The notes: generated by a model from the sequence alone, not told the origin. DNA of 64,000 nucleotides from Perna viridis (GCA_037379345.1 CM074512.1:32426001-32490000), one strand, 5' to 3'. Positions 37,633 through 51,329 are shown, counted from the first letter of the stretch. Numbers and translations are program-made.

Positions 37633-40600
37633 ATGAACACAGAGAGGTGATTATACATTTTTTGGTATAGATTAAACAAAAGTATAGTACATATTTGCAT
37701 AAATTTTCATTTAAAGAACAATATATTTGGAATGTTTTTATTTAAAACCTTCAATGCATTAGTATTTTTCATTAGAAGGTATGTACTGGTAAGAAAAATA
37801 TTATAATCATTCCTAAAGTAATCATTATTATTGTCAAATAACCAACAATTACTCACTTTAGAAATCAATAATTGTATACAATATAACTTTATACTGTGTG
37901 CCAAATATCTTTTCATTGATAAACGACCACAAAGTACAATTCAAATTAAATTCGCAGTTGGTAAGAGACTTTACGTCACTGTTTAAAGGTAAATATGCAA
38001 GTTGAATAATGCAATTTTCAGAAAACTCCGTATCTGTAACTTTATCTATCGATCTACGTTCTTTCCTTTTATATCATCCATAATTTTGCAAATTGACAAT
38101 TACTCGTTGCATAAAAATTCAAACAATATATATAAATTGATTTAGTACATGAGTGCTTTGATTTAACTTCGTTAATCAACAAGAAAACAGGTATATTAAA
38201 ACGCTCCACTCCGTCAATTTGTCCGTCTGTCTGCCTCGCGTAGGGGTACATATTTTGTTAAATCTGTTACTCAAAAACTATTAAACCAATATTATTTTTA
38301 TATATTAACTTACTACAATGAGTATTAATAAATTGAAGTTGTGAACTTCCTATTACAGAGAAATTAAATTTATTTTTCGTATATTTTCAGCATGTTTAAC
38401 TTTGAGATTTTTAGCTGTCAATTTTAATTCGAGTATTTTAAAAATCATACGAAAAGTTACATTACATTATGTGTTTAGATGATCTCCAGTTATCTTTACA
38501 ATCTCATCTCCATAAAAATAGAATAAGTGATCCCTTTTCATAGTCAACATTGAGAGTATGTACATATGTAAAGTCAACAACCATGATTTTTACAAATGCA
38601 TCCTATCATATCAACAAAGGGATTCATTCTAGAACACAGAGTACTCCTAGCAAAGTGTTCTCTCAAAGTAAACAAGGTAATTATGCTTATAACAAACAAT
38701 GAGGGAATTTATAGCTCTTGTTTCCTCTTAGTTCCCTGTTTCCGTCTTGCCTATCGAATTACTCACTTGTATGCTGATCATTGTAAAAGTGTGATTTCTG
38801 GAACAAACATACTAATCATATAAATATTGCAAATTTCGATATAAGAACCAAATTTCGGAAGCAAAAAGAAGTCTAAAAGCAGTTCGCACAACCAAACATA
38901 GCCCATTTTCGGAAAAGTGCACATAGCACACAAGAAAAACATTATAAACGCAGATTGTGCAAATTGGTTTCAGGGGCGGATCCAGGATTTCAGGTTGGGG
39001 ACATAAAAAGAATTAAGTGCCTGCCGAGCGAAGCGACGCAAGAAAATTTTGCGGGTAGAGTTTGTGAAAATCAGTGTTTCATGCAAAACCAATCCAATTT
39101 TAGGGGGCGTATGTCCGTTTCACCTCTTTGAATCCGCGCCTGCATGGTTTGGTTTTATAATCAAAATATTACTATAAACTCATTCTCATTACACCCTGTT
39201 TGTCTGCGTCTGTCCAAAGTAATTTCTAATAAGCAGCTTGTAGCCTTATTATGAACCTTTGTGGGATACAATATAACAACATGGAGACACATGTTTGGAC
39301 ACAATTTGTAGAAATGACGGTTGTTGAGCTTATACGTTTTTTTTTTCTCAGCAAAACATGATTGCAACTCCTCCTCAACGACTTGCAGGATTGTGTGTCA
39401 AAAGTGCTTAGTCTATCCGCCATAAATTATTGTATCCAACATGAATCAAATGTCCACAATGGTTCCTTAATGTACAGGGTTCAGCAGGCTGCTACGGGGA
39501 TACTAGTCCCGTTAAAAGGCAATGTTTACGAAACGATATACTCACACACGTTAAAGTCCTGCAAAATACAAATGTATAAATATCGAGATCCTTACTAAAG
39601 CACTATGTACAGTGTTGTACTGGGTTCAGAATGTCGTATTCGGCATTTTTGGTTCCTTGCACTCTGCGACGTTTTTAAGTACATGTACGCATAATTTGTT
39701 TAGAGGTTCAGCAATTCGAGCATAAGTACCAGTAAAGAGATTACTTAAAGATAATACAGATACGATCTGAACATGTACAGCGAGATAAGTACCTATTAGA
39801 ATGAAGTATTAATATTTACTTGAACATGCACGCCTTTTGTCTTTAACCCAAAGAAACAAAGAAAACAATCTAGTTACCGACAACTTAATTTTGTCTGTTG
39901 TCAAGTTACCGGTTACTGTCATCTTTGGCTATCAATAAATGCAGCCAAGAAAGGGATTTTTTAAGGATGATGTACGTTTCAAATTTGTTCCAATGATGAA
40001 TACTGATGTACCTAATATGAGGTTAAATAAGCCATCTAAACTGTAGAATAAAGTAATCGATCTTGTCTGTATTTGCATCCGCCATCAGTTTACCCCCAGT
40101 GATGAAGCAGCCGGCTTGATTTTTATTGGCTCTCAAAATTACCCCCCTGTTCCTCAAAATTACAGATTGACTTACTTTTGTTTTGACCACGAATCCCCTC
40201 AATATTCCGTTAACCTTTTTTTCATTTTGAGTGTTCAGTAGCAGTAGATAAGGATTATTTAGGGCGAAATATTTACAGCTATCGTAAATTTCAGTGGAAG
40301 AGATAAAGGACCAACCAGAGAAAGGGATAGACGACGTGGTAGAGAAAGAGGAAATCACGAGAGCAGGTAAATGTAGAGATTTTATTTAAACAACATGCAG
40401 GTTTAACTGATATGGAATGAGTATGTTCAATTTTTATCACTATGAACATTGTAAATCAGATTTCAACGACAGTAAAACTTATCATAACTTTCCTCATTTC
40501 CTAAGATTTTGAAGAGGACGAGGGCTCAATATATTCAGTCGATTTACACGAACTTGTTTTTATATATAAAACTTCTCTTATCGTACCAGCTTAGGTGTAT

Positions 40601-42356
40601 AGATTGTAGAGAGCACAGGAAAATTTTTTAATGTCATGCTACCCATTAGATTTGTCTGATATATTTCTTTATTTGGACGAAGAATAGCAGACTCATTTGA
40701 GACGTATCAATATGCAAGGTTAGCGTTCAGGAATACGCAAATAATTGGTACATTTCAAAGTCAAACAGTGCTCAAAGCTTTATTTGCCTTTGACACTTTG
40801 TTATCATTTATTTAACAACAACAGAAACCAACGTGGTATTGAAGTTGATGACAATGGAACACCTAAGGGAAGAAAACACACTTATAGAGGAAGAAGAGGA
40901 GGAAGAGGGATGTTTAGAAATGGTCAGAGGTATTAAGTTCAAGTCGTTGTAAGAATCATAGAAAAAGGAACAAATATGGTGAAACACAACAAATACACCA
41001 TCGTAGAATACCTATAAACATAGTAAATGCTTACAGAGATCACCGGAAGGTCTTCATTAAGTGTCAACAGCTTCAAGAAAGCTCTGAAAGGCACCGAAAA
41101 GTAAAGAAATCCAGGGTAACAGAACGATGATAATCCTTCAAAAATAACATAAAAAGTTAAATAGTAACAGGAGACACATTAATGACCAGCATTGATATTA
41201 GGGCGAAATCGTTCATTTCTAACCAGGTATCAGCAGACAACTTGGAAATAGTGAAAAATAAAACATCCGAAGTTAGATTAAGGCAACGAGAAATCAGTCA
41301 AAACATGTTTCATTCATAAATTATTTGTTGAAAATTTGGATTTGATCTTGAACTTGATCAATCGAAATGAGAAAAATGTCAAAAACCCACGGATATGACG
41401 ACACATTTTCATCCAAGAAATGTTTATATATCTAAAATGACCACCATTTGATCCCTGCGTCATTGTTTTTCTAAGAAAAATGTTTATCAAAATTTAAGAA
41501 CGAGTAAGAACAAGCAGTTATTTGACTTTAAAGGGTTCATTCGAAGTGCATTTCTACTCATTTGTGGAATCTGACCTATTTCGTTAGTTCAAATAGTCAA
41601 ATTATCGAAATTGTTTTTTTCCTACCATGTTTCATCCACTAGCTAATTCTTACAGAGACTGACTCTTAAAAAGAAACATTACATGACTAATTAGATAAAT
41701 ACGGAAGCTTATGTTTTTAAGGTTTTTCTTCCGTGTTACCACAGAGACTGGCATTTACAGATAAGTAAAAAAAGCTCGCCTTCTTTGTCGTCAGAAATGC
41801 CGTTGTCTGAAAAATCGGAACCTTTTGACTTTTTGATTACATGGGGGGATTTGGTAAATATTTGCTATCGTAAAGGGGTTCATTTTTGGCCATCTGACAT
41901 CATGGAACGTAGAGGATTGTAGCTTTAACTTTAATCGGTGAAGTAAGATTTGGCTTGTTGCATTACTGAATTGACGGTCCGATTCGATTAAACTTAAATT
42001 TACCATAACCTGTTCACGCAATAATTTTGACTATTGCCCTACTACCAATTTAAATTCTCATTGATTTTTCTTTTCACTGAAGCTGCTGGATAAAATTATT
42101 AAGTTTTTGAAAACTCACTTAAGGTAAAATGTTTTAAATGTTAAACTTCCAGTGTCATTTTGTACGAATTAGACCATTTAATTATGCCATGTGTAGCTGT
42201 ACCAATCGAGACACTTGACTGACGCGATCCTTTAGCGTCTTTAATTGAATGACTAGAAAACTATGTAAAGATTCTTTCATTGCGGATACCTTCATGGTAA
42301 TGAGTAGATGGAGAAAGTACTATGTATATGTAATGTGTAATTGACCTAACTGCATG

Positions 42357-42422
<66 letters not shown>

Positions 42423-45400
42423 CAAAGCAATGAAGAAGAGGATGACAGTTACGTGCCTAGAGGAAGAGGTAAATCAACCAGAGGAGGTAGAGGGTATAGA
42501 GGAAGGGGTGGTTCTGTACGAAATGATGAGAGGTAATTTACACAGAGAACAAAGATTAAGTTGACAGAGTAGGTTTGTAAGAGCGGCTTCTTAAATATAT
42601 TTTGTATACACAGTAATATTATTTAGAAATACTATCTGTCAAAAATTGTTCATGACTGGTTTCTATTCACCATGGTGCCATATTTTAAACGCGAGTTTGC
42701 GTATACTTTTTTTTATCATATTTCAACGTGTTTAAGAGTAATCAAGGGAACCAAGGTTATAGCGGTAATCAAAAGAATGTAATCCAGGGACAAAGACCAG
42801 ACATGGAAAACAGACATACACAACAAAGAACACAAAGTAACTAATATCATACATACAAAGTAACAAAAGTAAATGAGCAACTCGGACTCCACTAAAAACT
42901 GGGAGCATGGACCAGGTGCACCGGTAGGGTAAGCGTCCTCTGCTTTTCTAGAAACACCCGCCGAGTTGCTCATAAAAAGTCAAGTCCGGGGTAGACAAAC
43001 GAGGAAAGGTAAACTATGACCCGTTGAATAAATCAGTTTTCATGGTGCTGATGGATGCATCATAACGGTCCACGAGTTTCGATATGTCTTTTTTAGCACT
43101 TTAAAGGAAAATCATGATAATCATTATGCCTCTTCTTATTTTAGGACTAAACATTGGAGAAAGGTCTTTGGATTTACGAGGTTGACTGAGTACCAAAATG
43201 GGGAAGCAAGCGACTTAGTGCTGAAGTTTGTAAGCGAACAACAACTATTGAAGGAAGTACTTCAATGTGACGACCACAGTGATGAAATGGTAGAGCTTTT
43301 ATTGAAATGCTTATCAAAAGCCTGTTGTTATAGTATCTTAAAACAGCATGTGCAACAAATTCTTATTATACTCCAAGCCTCAACATTTTTTAAAATGACT
43401 ATACTACAATTAATTCTAAAAATTACAAAGCTGCCAGTTTCTGAATTAGACAAATATGAAGCATCATTAATCAGCATAATAAATTTAATCAAAGAAATGA
43501 AATCAAAAATGCCGAATACTATGTTTGAAGTTATTGGTATAACAACAGTTCTGGAAAAAGTTGTGTCTCGTGTATCAGCATGCAGCACTTTACAATCCGC
43601 GGAGATTGTTGCGGCTTTTAAACGTTTGGAACTATCGAACGAAGAAGAAATGCAAGAAATGTCATATGAAAAAGATCATTCCCATAAGCGTACATTTAGA
43701 CCTGATGAGGAGGATCAAGAACCACCAGAAAATTTCCATGAGATTCCAGTGTTCCCAGAGGAGCATGATATTTTGGTTAATATGAACCCTTTCCTCCGTA
43801 TGAACAAACGTTGTGGAGGTTACCAGGACCTTAATCATTACTTAGATGTACAGTTTCGACTGCTACGGGAGGATTTCATAGGCCCACTTAGAGATGGAAT
43901 TCAACAGTACATTGCGTTGTTAAAAGGAACAAACAATGGCGATAAAAAAAGTAAAATGCCAAAAGACATACGAGTATACACGGATGTCCAAGTCATAAGT
44001 TCGGTCTGCAATAGCAGTGGCTTGTGTCGCAGAATTTCTTTTTCTTGCCCAGGATTCAAGCGCATTCATTGGGAATCTAGCAAAAGATTGCTTTTTGGAT
44101 CACTTGTCTGTCTATCTAATGACGATTTTGACACATTATATTTCGCAACTGTCGGGAACAGGGACTTTAAAAATTTGCGAAAGGGTTTAGTAGACATAAA
44201 ATTCGAAGATGACTCAAATACGATGGCGTGTCTTCCAGAAAATGCTATTTTCAAAATGGCGGAGTCTAGTGCATTCTTTGAGGCATATCGTCACGTTTTG
44301 TCTGGTTTGAAGACATTGCTGAATGGAGATCTTCCTTTCGAAAAATATATAGTACACTCTAAAGCCAACGTGGATGAACCGGCTTACATACGTCGAAATC
44401 CGCATGCTATGTTTGATCTCAGACCTTTAGTTGATGATGACGTTGTATTAGTAGAGAAGACAAAAGAAAACATAAGATCACGTTGGAATGGATATAACTT
44501 CTCACCAGAATCAGCTCAAGCGCGAAATGTTCCTGTTATGAATTATGACCAGTGGCCTTCCGCAGATGCACTTCATCTGAACGAATCTCAGTATAGTGCT
44601 GTCCAAATGGCACTCTCTAAAGAGTTTGCAATTATACAAGGCCCCCCAGGAACGGGTAAGACATACATTGGTAAGAAGATAGTCAAGGCGCTCTTACACA
44701 ACAAGGATATTTGGTCTCCTAATGTAGATGAAAATAAACTCCTTCTTGTTGTTTGCTACACCAATCATGCCCTTGATCAGTTCTTAGAAGGAATTGATGA
44801 GTTCTACAAAGGAGGTATACTGAGACTAGGAAGTCGAAGTTCAAGTGACGTGATGAAAAGGCATAACATCAATACAAAGAGATTAGAATTGCGCAGGAAC
44901 CGGAGAGCACCAACAGCGCTGCATCGTGAGAGAGTGAAAGCTAGGGTTAAAAGGAATACACTAAAAATACAGATTAATGCAATAGCAGATAAAATAGAAA
45001 AAGCCAAAAGAGATGTACTGCATGAGGATACACTACAACCCTTCATCGGAACGCAACTTAGGTTTCAACTGACACGTGGCTGCAATTTACTTATTAATGA
45101 GATGAAGGCTCATGGAATTTATCCAAGTCGTGGATTTGAAATGTGTGCAATTTTAGAGTGGCTAGGGTATGGAAACTTGACTTGTGGTAAACAAACGCTT
45201 CATTTACCCACGACGAACTATGATCCCGAAGAAGATGATGATGATGATTATAATGATGATGAATACATCGATGCAGAAGATGAAGTAGACCGAGAAATGT
45301 TAAACAGAATTCCAGATATATATGACGAAAGGAACGAAGAAATTGACAAAAATGCAGCAGTTCTCGAAATTTCAAAGTTGTTTGCAGCTTTGGGCTTATC

Positions 45401-48400
45401 AAATGACAGGGTAGCATTAGATGTCTCTAGTATTGGATCAAAACGTTCATACACCTCTGGTGAATGGCAAATGGATGCAAAACAAAGAAAAAGGTTGAAA
45501 AAAACAATACGTTACGAACTAGCGTCTTCTGATAGAATGTCAATGCGAGATGTGTACAGAATTCAGAACATTTGGACATTAAAACAGAAAGATAGATGGC
45601 GACTTTACAGATTTTGGATTTTTCTTTACTGTCAGACGCTCCAAGAACAGATTCGCGACGCAGAAAAGGTATTTCAAGATGCATGTGACTTAGTAAACGA
45701 AATTCAATTACATGAAGACAAAGAAATCATGAAACGTTCAACTGTCATTGGAATGACCACAACTTGTGCGGCACGGTACCAGTCAGTTTTAAAAGAGATA
45801 GGACCTAAAATAGTCATTGTCGAAGAGGCTGCTGAAGTTTTAGAGGCACACGTTTTAACTACACTTAGTAAATATTGTGAGCATCTGATATTGATCGGTG
45901 ACCATCAACAGCTGAAACCAAGTCCAACGGTGTACAAGCTAGCTAAGAACTACAACCTTGACTTGTCACTCTTTGAAAGATTAATTAACAACAAGATGGA
46001 CTTCCGTTGCTTAGCTTTGCAACATAGAATGAGACCAGAGATTTCAACAATCATGAAAATTATCTACCCAAAGCTACAAGACCATAATTCTGTAAAGAAG
46101 TACCCGTCTATAAAGGGTGTTTCTACCAATGTGTTTTTAATAGACCACAGTGAACAGGAAACTTCAGATGAAGACATCGTCAGCCATTCGAATACTCACG
46201 AGGCGGAGTTTATTGTAGCTTTATGTAAATATCTATTACTCCAAGGATACAAATGCCACCAGATCACTGTTTTAACACTGTACTCGGCTCAGTTGCGCGA
46301 ATTAAAAAACCGCATGCCAAAAAAATATTTTGACGGGTTACGGCTCACAGTTGTTGACAATTATCAGGGCGAGGAAAATGACATAGTCTTACTCTCATTA
46401 GTAAGAAGTAATACAAACAGAATTTCTGGTTTTGTCAGCATTGAGAATCGTATATGTGTTGCGTTTTCTAGAGCAAAATTGGGACTATTTATTATCGGAA
46501 ATTTCCGCATGTTAGAAAGAGCGAAAGACAGAAAAAGTGATTTATGGAAAAAAATTGTGTCTTTAGCAGAGGACAAAAATATGATCGGTCCAAATCTCTT
46601 ACTTAAATGTCAAAACCACCCAATGGACGAGGGAATTGGTGCGAGTTCTGCAGCGGACTTTCGAAAAGCGCCAGAAGGAGGATGTATGAAACCTTGCGAG
46701 GCCCTGTTGAATTGTGGCCATGCCTGTACTAAAGCTTGCCATGTATATGACAAAAACATAAGGAATATACATGTATGAAACCCTGCGAAAGGCAGGTTTG
46801 TGGAATTAAAGGCCATAAATGCACTCGCACTTGTGGAAAGAAATGTGAACAATGTATGATTAAAATTCCAAAAGTTATTCCGGGCTGTTATCATGAACAG
46901 GATGTACCATGTTCCCAGGATCCATCGACATGGAAATGCATGGCTCAATGTAGACGTATACTGTCATGTGGTCATCCTTGTCAGAGCAAGTGTAGTGAAC
47001 CACACACAATACAGTGCCAGTTTGATGTCAAGAAAACTGCCCCGTGTGGTCATTTCATTAAAGTTAGATGTTTTGAAACCTTTACAGCAATATGCTCTAA
47101 ATCTTGTGATGCATTTTTAGATTGTGGACATCCCTGCACTGGAACATGTGGTGAGTGTTTCAGTGGTAAACTGCACAGACCGTGTAGACAAAAATGCAAA
47201 AGAACGCTTGTTTGTGAGCACGAATGTTCAGACAACTGTTCAAACTGCCCTCCCTGTTCAAGAATTTGCCAAAATAGATGTATTCACAGCGTCTGTCAAA
47301 AATACTGTGGAGAAATATGCATCTTATGCATTGAACAATGTGAATGGCGCTGTAAGCACTTTGTCTGTAATAAGCTTTGCTATGAACCTTGTGAACGACC
47401 TCGTTGTAATAATCCCTGCCTGAAACAGCTTCCATGTGGGCACGACTGCATTGGTTTATGCGGGGAAATGTGTCCTCGCGTCTGCCGTGTCTGCGACAAG
47501 GAAAAGGTTAAAGAGATACTTTTCGGAACAGAAGATGATGATGATGCCCGATTTGTCCAATTGGAAGACTGTAAACATTTCTTTGAAGTTGGTGGACTAG
47601 ATCAATGGATGGATCAACCAGTTGAAAGTGATGAAAGAAAAGTTTCAATCAAGCTTAAAGAATGTCCGCTCTGTAAAACTCCAATCAGAAGAAACTTAAG
47701 GTATGGCAATATGATAAAGAGTACTTTGAGAGATATTGAGAAGGTAAAAAAACAAATCCAAGGCGGTAGGCAAAATATAACTGCAATACGGCTTTCGATC
47801 GAGAGAGATATCCAGAGATTTGGAACAGAAGATCAGAAGGCAATTTCTGAAATATATTCAAGAAAGAGACAGAATGGTTTGTCTTCAGTCCAATCCTATG
47901 AAACAGTGAAGAATCAGTTACTGTTTCTGCAGAAGCTACAAGATCTCAAAAGACAACTAAAACACAGACATTTAGAAATTACGCCATGCAGAATGTTTCA
48001 AATGACTAACCAGGCAGTTTCAAATCTAAGGTACTTCATCGTCCAGGAACGGAACTATTTCACCGACCAGGAAATAGCCGATATTATGGAAGAAATCGAT
48101 AGGTTGACATTTCTGTTGCAGTATTGTGAGCTGGAAAAGTATATAGAACGTACGACGTTTAAGTTTGTCAAACACAAAGCTGCAACATATGATATGACAA
48201 AGGATTGGCTAACTAAGGACAGACGACTTTCAGAAACAGAAAAGACATGTATTAAACAATTTCTAAAAAGTATGAAACATTTGATAAAAAAAGATGGATT
48301 AGGAATAACAGACAAAGAAAGGGAAGAGATTGTTCGTGCCATGGAGCTGTCAAAAGAACATTGGTTCAAATGCCCCAGTGGTGAGTTGTATTAGGATTAA

Positions 48401-50202
48401 TTGAAAACGTATATATATTAATTTCACTGTTATTTTTTCCATTTTTTAAACGAACAGTAAAACGCATAAAAAGTATCCACAAAAGTCGAATTATAAATTA
48501 AAAACATATTTATCAAACAAAACAAGTTTACGAATATGATAAATAAATTTCGTGTTATACAATTAACAAATTATTTTCACTTCGAGAAAAATAGTAGTTC
48601 AAAAGAAAACTGTTGTCGACGCAATCGGTATAGTTTCGCTTTTTACCCTTTAACCCCAAAGACGCTCTTTCATGGAAACCTGATTGCATTTCTGTTTCTC
48701 GATTGGCCAAATACTGATAACTTGGGGGCGTTCGAAAAAACTGTATCGAGAAATAAAATTGCGTGCCATGTGTTATTTCCTGAATAAAATATAGAAACTT
48801 ATAAGTAAAAAAATCAAATCAGATTTTAATTAGTGCTTCGTTTTTACAAAAGCTATAAAGTCTAATAGAAATTCGTCGCGTTAAGGTGCTGCGAATAAAC
48901 GTTGCTCGCATATCTAGTACTTTTTCCCTGCGTAGACAATATAATATAAATGACATGTAGCTAAGAGTGTGATAAAGCATTTTTTATCCCGAGAAAATCG
49001 TTGACAATCCGAGGCGTAGCCGAGGGTGGCAATGTTTTTTTCAAGGAGTAACAAACTATCACTCTCTAAGCTATATGTTATTTATTTTATTATACTGAAT
49101 GTTCAGTTGTAATGCTTTTTCAAAGTAAGCCCTAAAAATCAGTTTTGTATATTTGGCTTTTGTCATTATTTTCTTCATTAAAATTGTTTTATTTTCTTTT
49201 CAAGTTTGCAGTCATATGAAATTATGAACGTTAATTGTGGATCGCACTCCTTTTTTTGTGACCTCAATGTATCGTTGATGGACTTTTTCCTGCTTACAAA
49301 CAGAAATGTCATTAAGATTTTTTTGTTGTTTTTTCTGTTTTCAAGTTTGCCAGTTCACACCTCAATCACTTTTTAATTTGACAATACACTAAGAAATGTT
49401 TGGGTACAGATTCGTAGTTGATTTGGCATCATGAGTAGAAAGATATATTTATAAGTCTGTTAATCGATGTTGTGTAAGTTATAATGGTCGTTTCGCATAT
49501 TGATTCCTTCAAACGCAGGAACTGCTACCTAATTTTTACAGCAACCGCTTTGACTGCCCAAATGTAATAGACAAAAACCAAAAACAAAAAACAAAAACGT
49601 GTGTTAGAGCAGATTATTAAGCTCGTATTGAACCAATCAAAATTCATCAAATTGACATGAAGTATAATAATATGTACTATTATTCTAACGCGATTTCCAC
49701 GTGATTTTCATTTGAACTGAGCAAATAAAATATATGGCAGTGCTCATGTGAATCGGGTGAAGGTACATTCACACGAATTTCACGTTAACAATATTTTGCA
49801 TGTTTAATACCTTCTTCATTTTCTTTTGTTTTGGGATTCAATTACCTCTTCAGCTTAAAGGTATGAATGCTTACATGTATTTCAGCCAATGCAAAGTAAC
49901 TGTGCTAAATATTGTGAGTTTTGCCCCAAAATATTAAACGATATTTCACTATTCACTGCGGCTTCCAATATTTTTCCCAATTATATAATTGTTTTCTTCT
50001 AGGACACGTATATGCTATAGGAGAGTGTGGAGGAGCAACGGTAGAAAGCAGATGCCCAGAATGCAATGCGACGATCGGTGGGGCAAGCCACAGATTGAGA
50101 GAAGACAATGCGCTTGCTTCAGAGATGGACGGAGCAACTCATGCAGCTTGGTCGGAACAAGCCTACATGGAAAACTATGACCCATTTGAAATTAGATTTT
50201 GA
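37633..50202 (+). CDS. ZNFX1: ZNFX1-like copy 3; join(37633-37646,40295-40366,40825-40929,42419-42532,43145-48380,50003-50202); one 1-nt frameshift at 46752-46756; 1913 aa if repaired
   Basis: The 1198-aa and 539-aa ORFs are consecutive halves of one ZNFX1. All 5' junctions are phase 2 with GT-AG; the last junction AGT G|gtgagt..tctag|GA CAC is phase 1 and gives WFKCPSGHVYAIGECGGATVESRCPEC. Total with one added nt is 5742 = 1914 codons. Could be a very young pseudogene. Confidence 0.85.
38971..39142. mobile_element. Small MITE-like element
   Basis: Imperfect terminal inverted repeats CAGGGGCGGATCC / GAATCCGCGCCTG. No clear target-site duplication. Confidence 0.5.
40295..40366 (+). CDS. ZNFX1: Copy 3 micro-exon A (72 nt, phase 2-2, Arg/Gly-rich)
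   Basis: tttcag|T GGA AGA..AGC AG|gtaaat; GRDKGPTRERDRRRGRERGNHES. Confidence 0.75.
40825..40929 (+). CDS. ZNFX1: Copy 3 micro-exon B (105 nt, phase 2-2, RGG)
   Basis: caacag|A AAC..CAG AG|gtatta; NQRGIEVDDNGTPKGRKHTYRGRRGGRGMFRNGQ. Splice sites are weak. Confidence 0.7.
42361..42416. repeat. (AT)28 microsatellite abutting a splice acceptor
   Basis: 56 nt of perfect AT repeat followed directly by AG (42417-42418). Confidence 0.97.
42419..42532 (+). CDS. ZNFX1: Copy 3 micro-exon C (114 nt, phase 2-2, acidic plus RGG)
   Basis: atatag|T GAT..GAG AG|gtaatt; DQSNEEEDDSYVPRGRGKSTRGGRGYRGRGGSVRNDE. Confidence 0.78.
42734..43078 (-). mobile_element. Penelope-like element 3' terminus, antisense in a copy 3 intron
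   Basis: Aligns with 1482-1807 and is highly similar to the reverse complement of 52699-52926; ends ~65 bp before the acceptor of the large exon. Confidence 0.85.
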
Positions 50203-51329
50203 TTTTTATGATAAAGACACTTTATACAGTGCACTTATGAAACAATTTATCGTATTAGCTGTTAAAAGTTCCTTATATGTCAACAATTTTATGTTCATGC
50301 AAGTTTATATAACTGAATATTGCTTTTAAAAATTATTGACCTACATGTATATGTCTTTTCGGTTAGAGCTGCCGGGTTATGGTAGTGATTCACATTTTAT
50401 TTCTATACTAGGCAGCAAAGAAACGATACAAATTTAAATCTATGGTTTATTTATATTATATATATTTTTTTTCAATATGCATCTTCTTTAAAAATTCCAG
50501 TCTTTAATCAAGACCAAAAGAAACTTTTAATCTATATTCAAAAATATACCAAAACGGATACGATCAAAATCCGGAAAGTTACTTTTCCGACTGATCATCG
50601 AGTTCACCGTGAATCAATAAAGGGATTAATTTTTTAGAGTCAAACGGAAATTATGACTCGAGGAATACCTAAAAGTCCCTGCTGATAGTCATATTAACAT
50701 GACTTCGGGTCAATTGGCAAATGCGATAATTTCCCTATTCAGTGATTTCGCAAATTTATTTATTTATTTATTTATTTATTTTTTTTTTTTGGGGGGGGGG
50801 TTCCAGATACGGTCTTTAAGGTTTTTATTTTGCATTTGCGTCACGTGGTACATTGACAACTTTATTTTAGATCCCAAACATGGGATTTGGTTTGAACAAA
50901 GGGATCTGGTGTATCAGATGCTTTTCATTAATACTCTAGAATGTAATGAATTATTTAAGTAGAATTTTTAGACTTAAGGATAAATTGTAGTATATGGACT
51001 GGTTAATTTCCTAATAAATTAAATAAACAAATGTAGGAATTGATCCTAAGTGGCATGATTGAGTGATTTATTACTTCCAATATTGCCATTCGATATAAAG
51101 CCTGTAATATTTTTTGTCTTCCATTCATGTTGTAATAGACGGGTCATACATATGTTACTTTTAAAGTTGCAATTCCTCATAGATTTGTAATGCTGAAAAT
51201 TGTGAAGTAGGAGAGAAGAGATTGAGGGCATAGCATGGCTCCTCAGGATGTCGTCTGCCTCCCTGTCTTTTAGATATAATTTGTTACATGGGGATAACTC
51301 CCTCATGATAGAGTCTTGGTGTAGTGGTG

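Noticed and set aside
42716-42973. Small similar ORFs at 1519-1716, 42716-42973 and 52753-52956 as a membrane-peptide family
   Set aside because: They are translations of the same retroelement terminus, and frames and lengths are not preserved between copies.
43182-48394. Two separate genes (1198 aa and 539 aa)
   Set aside because: They are collinear halves of one ZNFX1; one added nucleotide fuses them, and the TTG 'start' at 43182 lies inside a spliced exon.
48381-50002. Extra alternative RZ exon in the last intron of copy 3 (and of copy 2)
   Set aside because: No AG|Gx-CAY..CxxC exon found by eye; the duplication appears specific to copy 4 in this window.
50003-50202. Recent gene conversion between RZ exons of copies 3 and 4 (shared CGGATVESRCPEC)
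   Set aside because: Synonymous positions differ extensively, which fits purifying selection rather than recent conversion.
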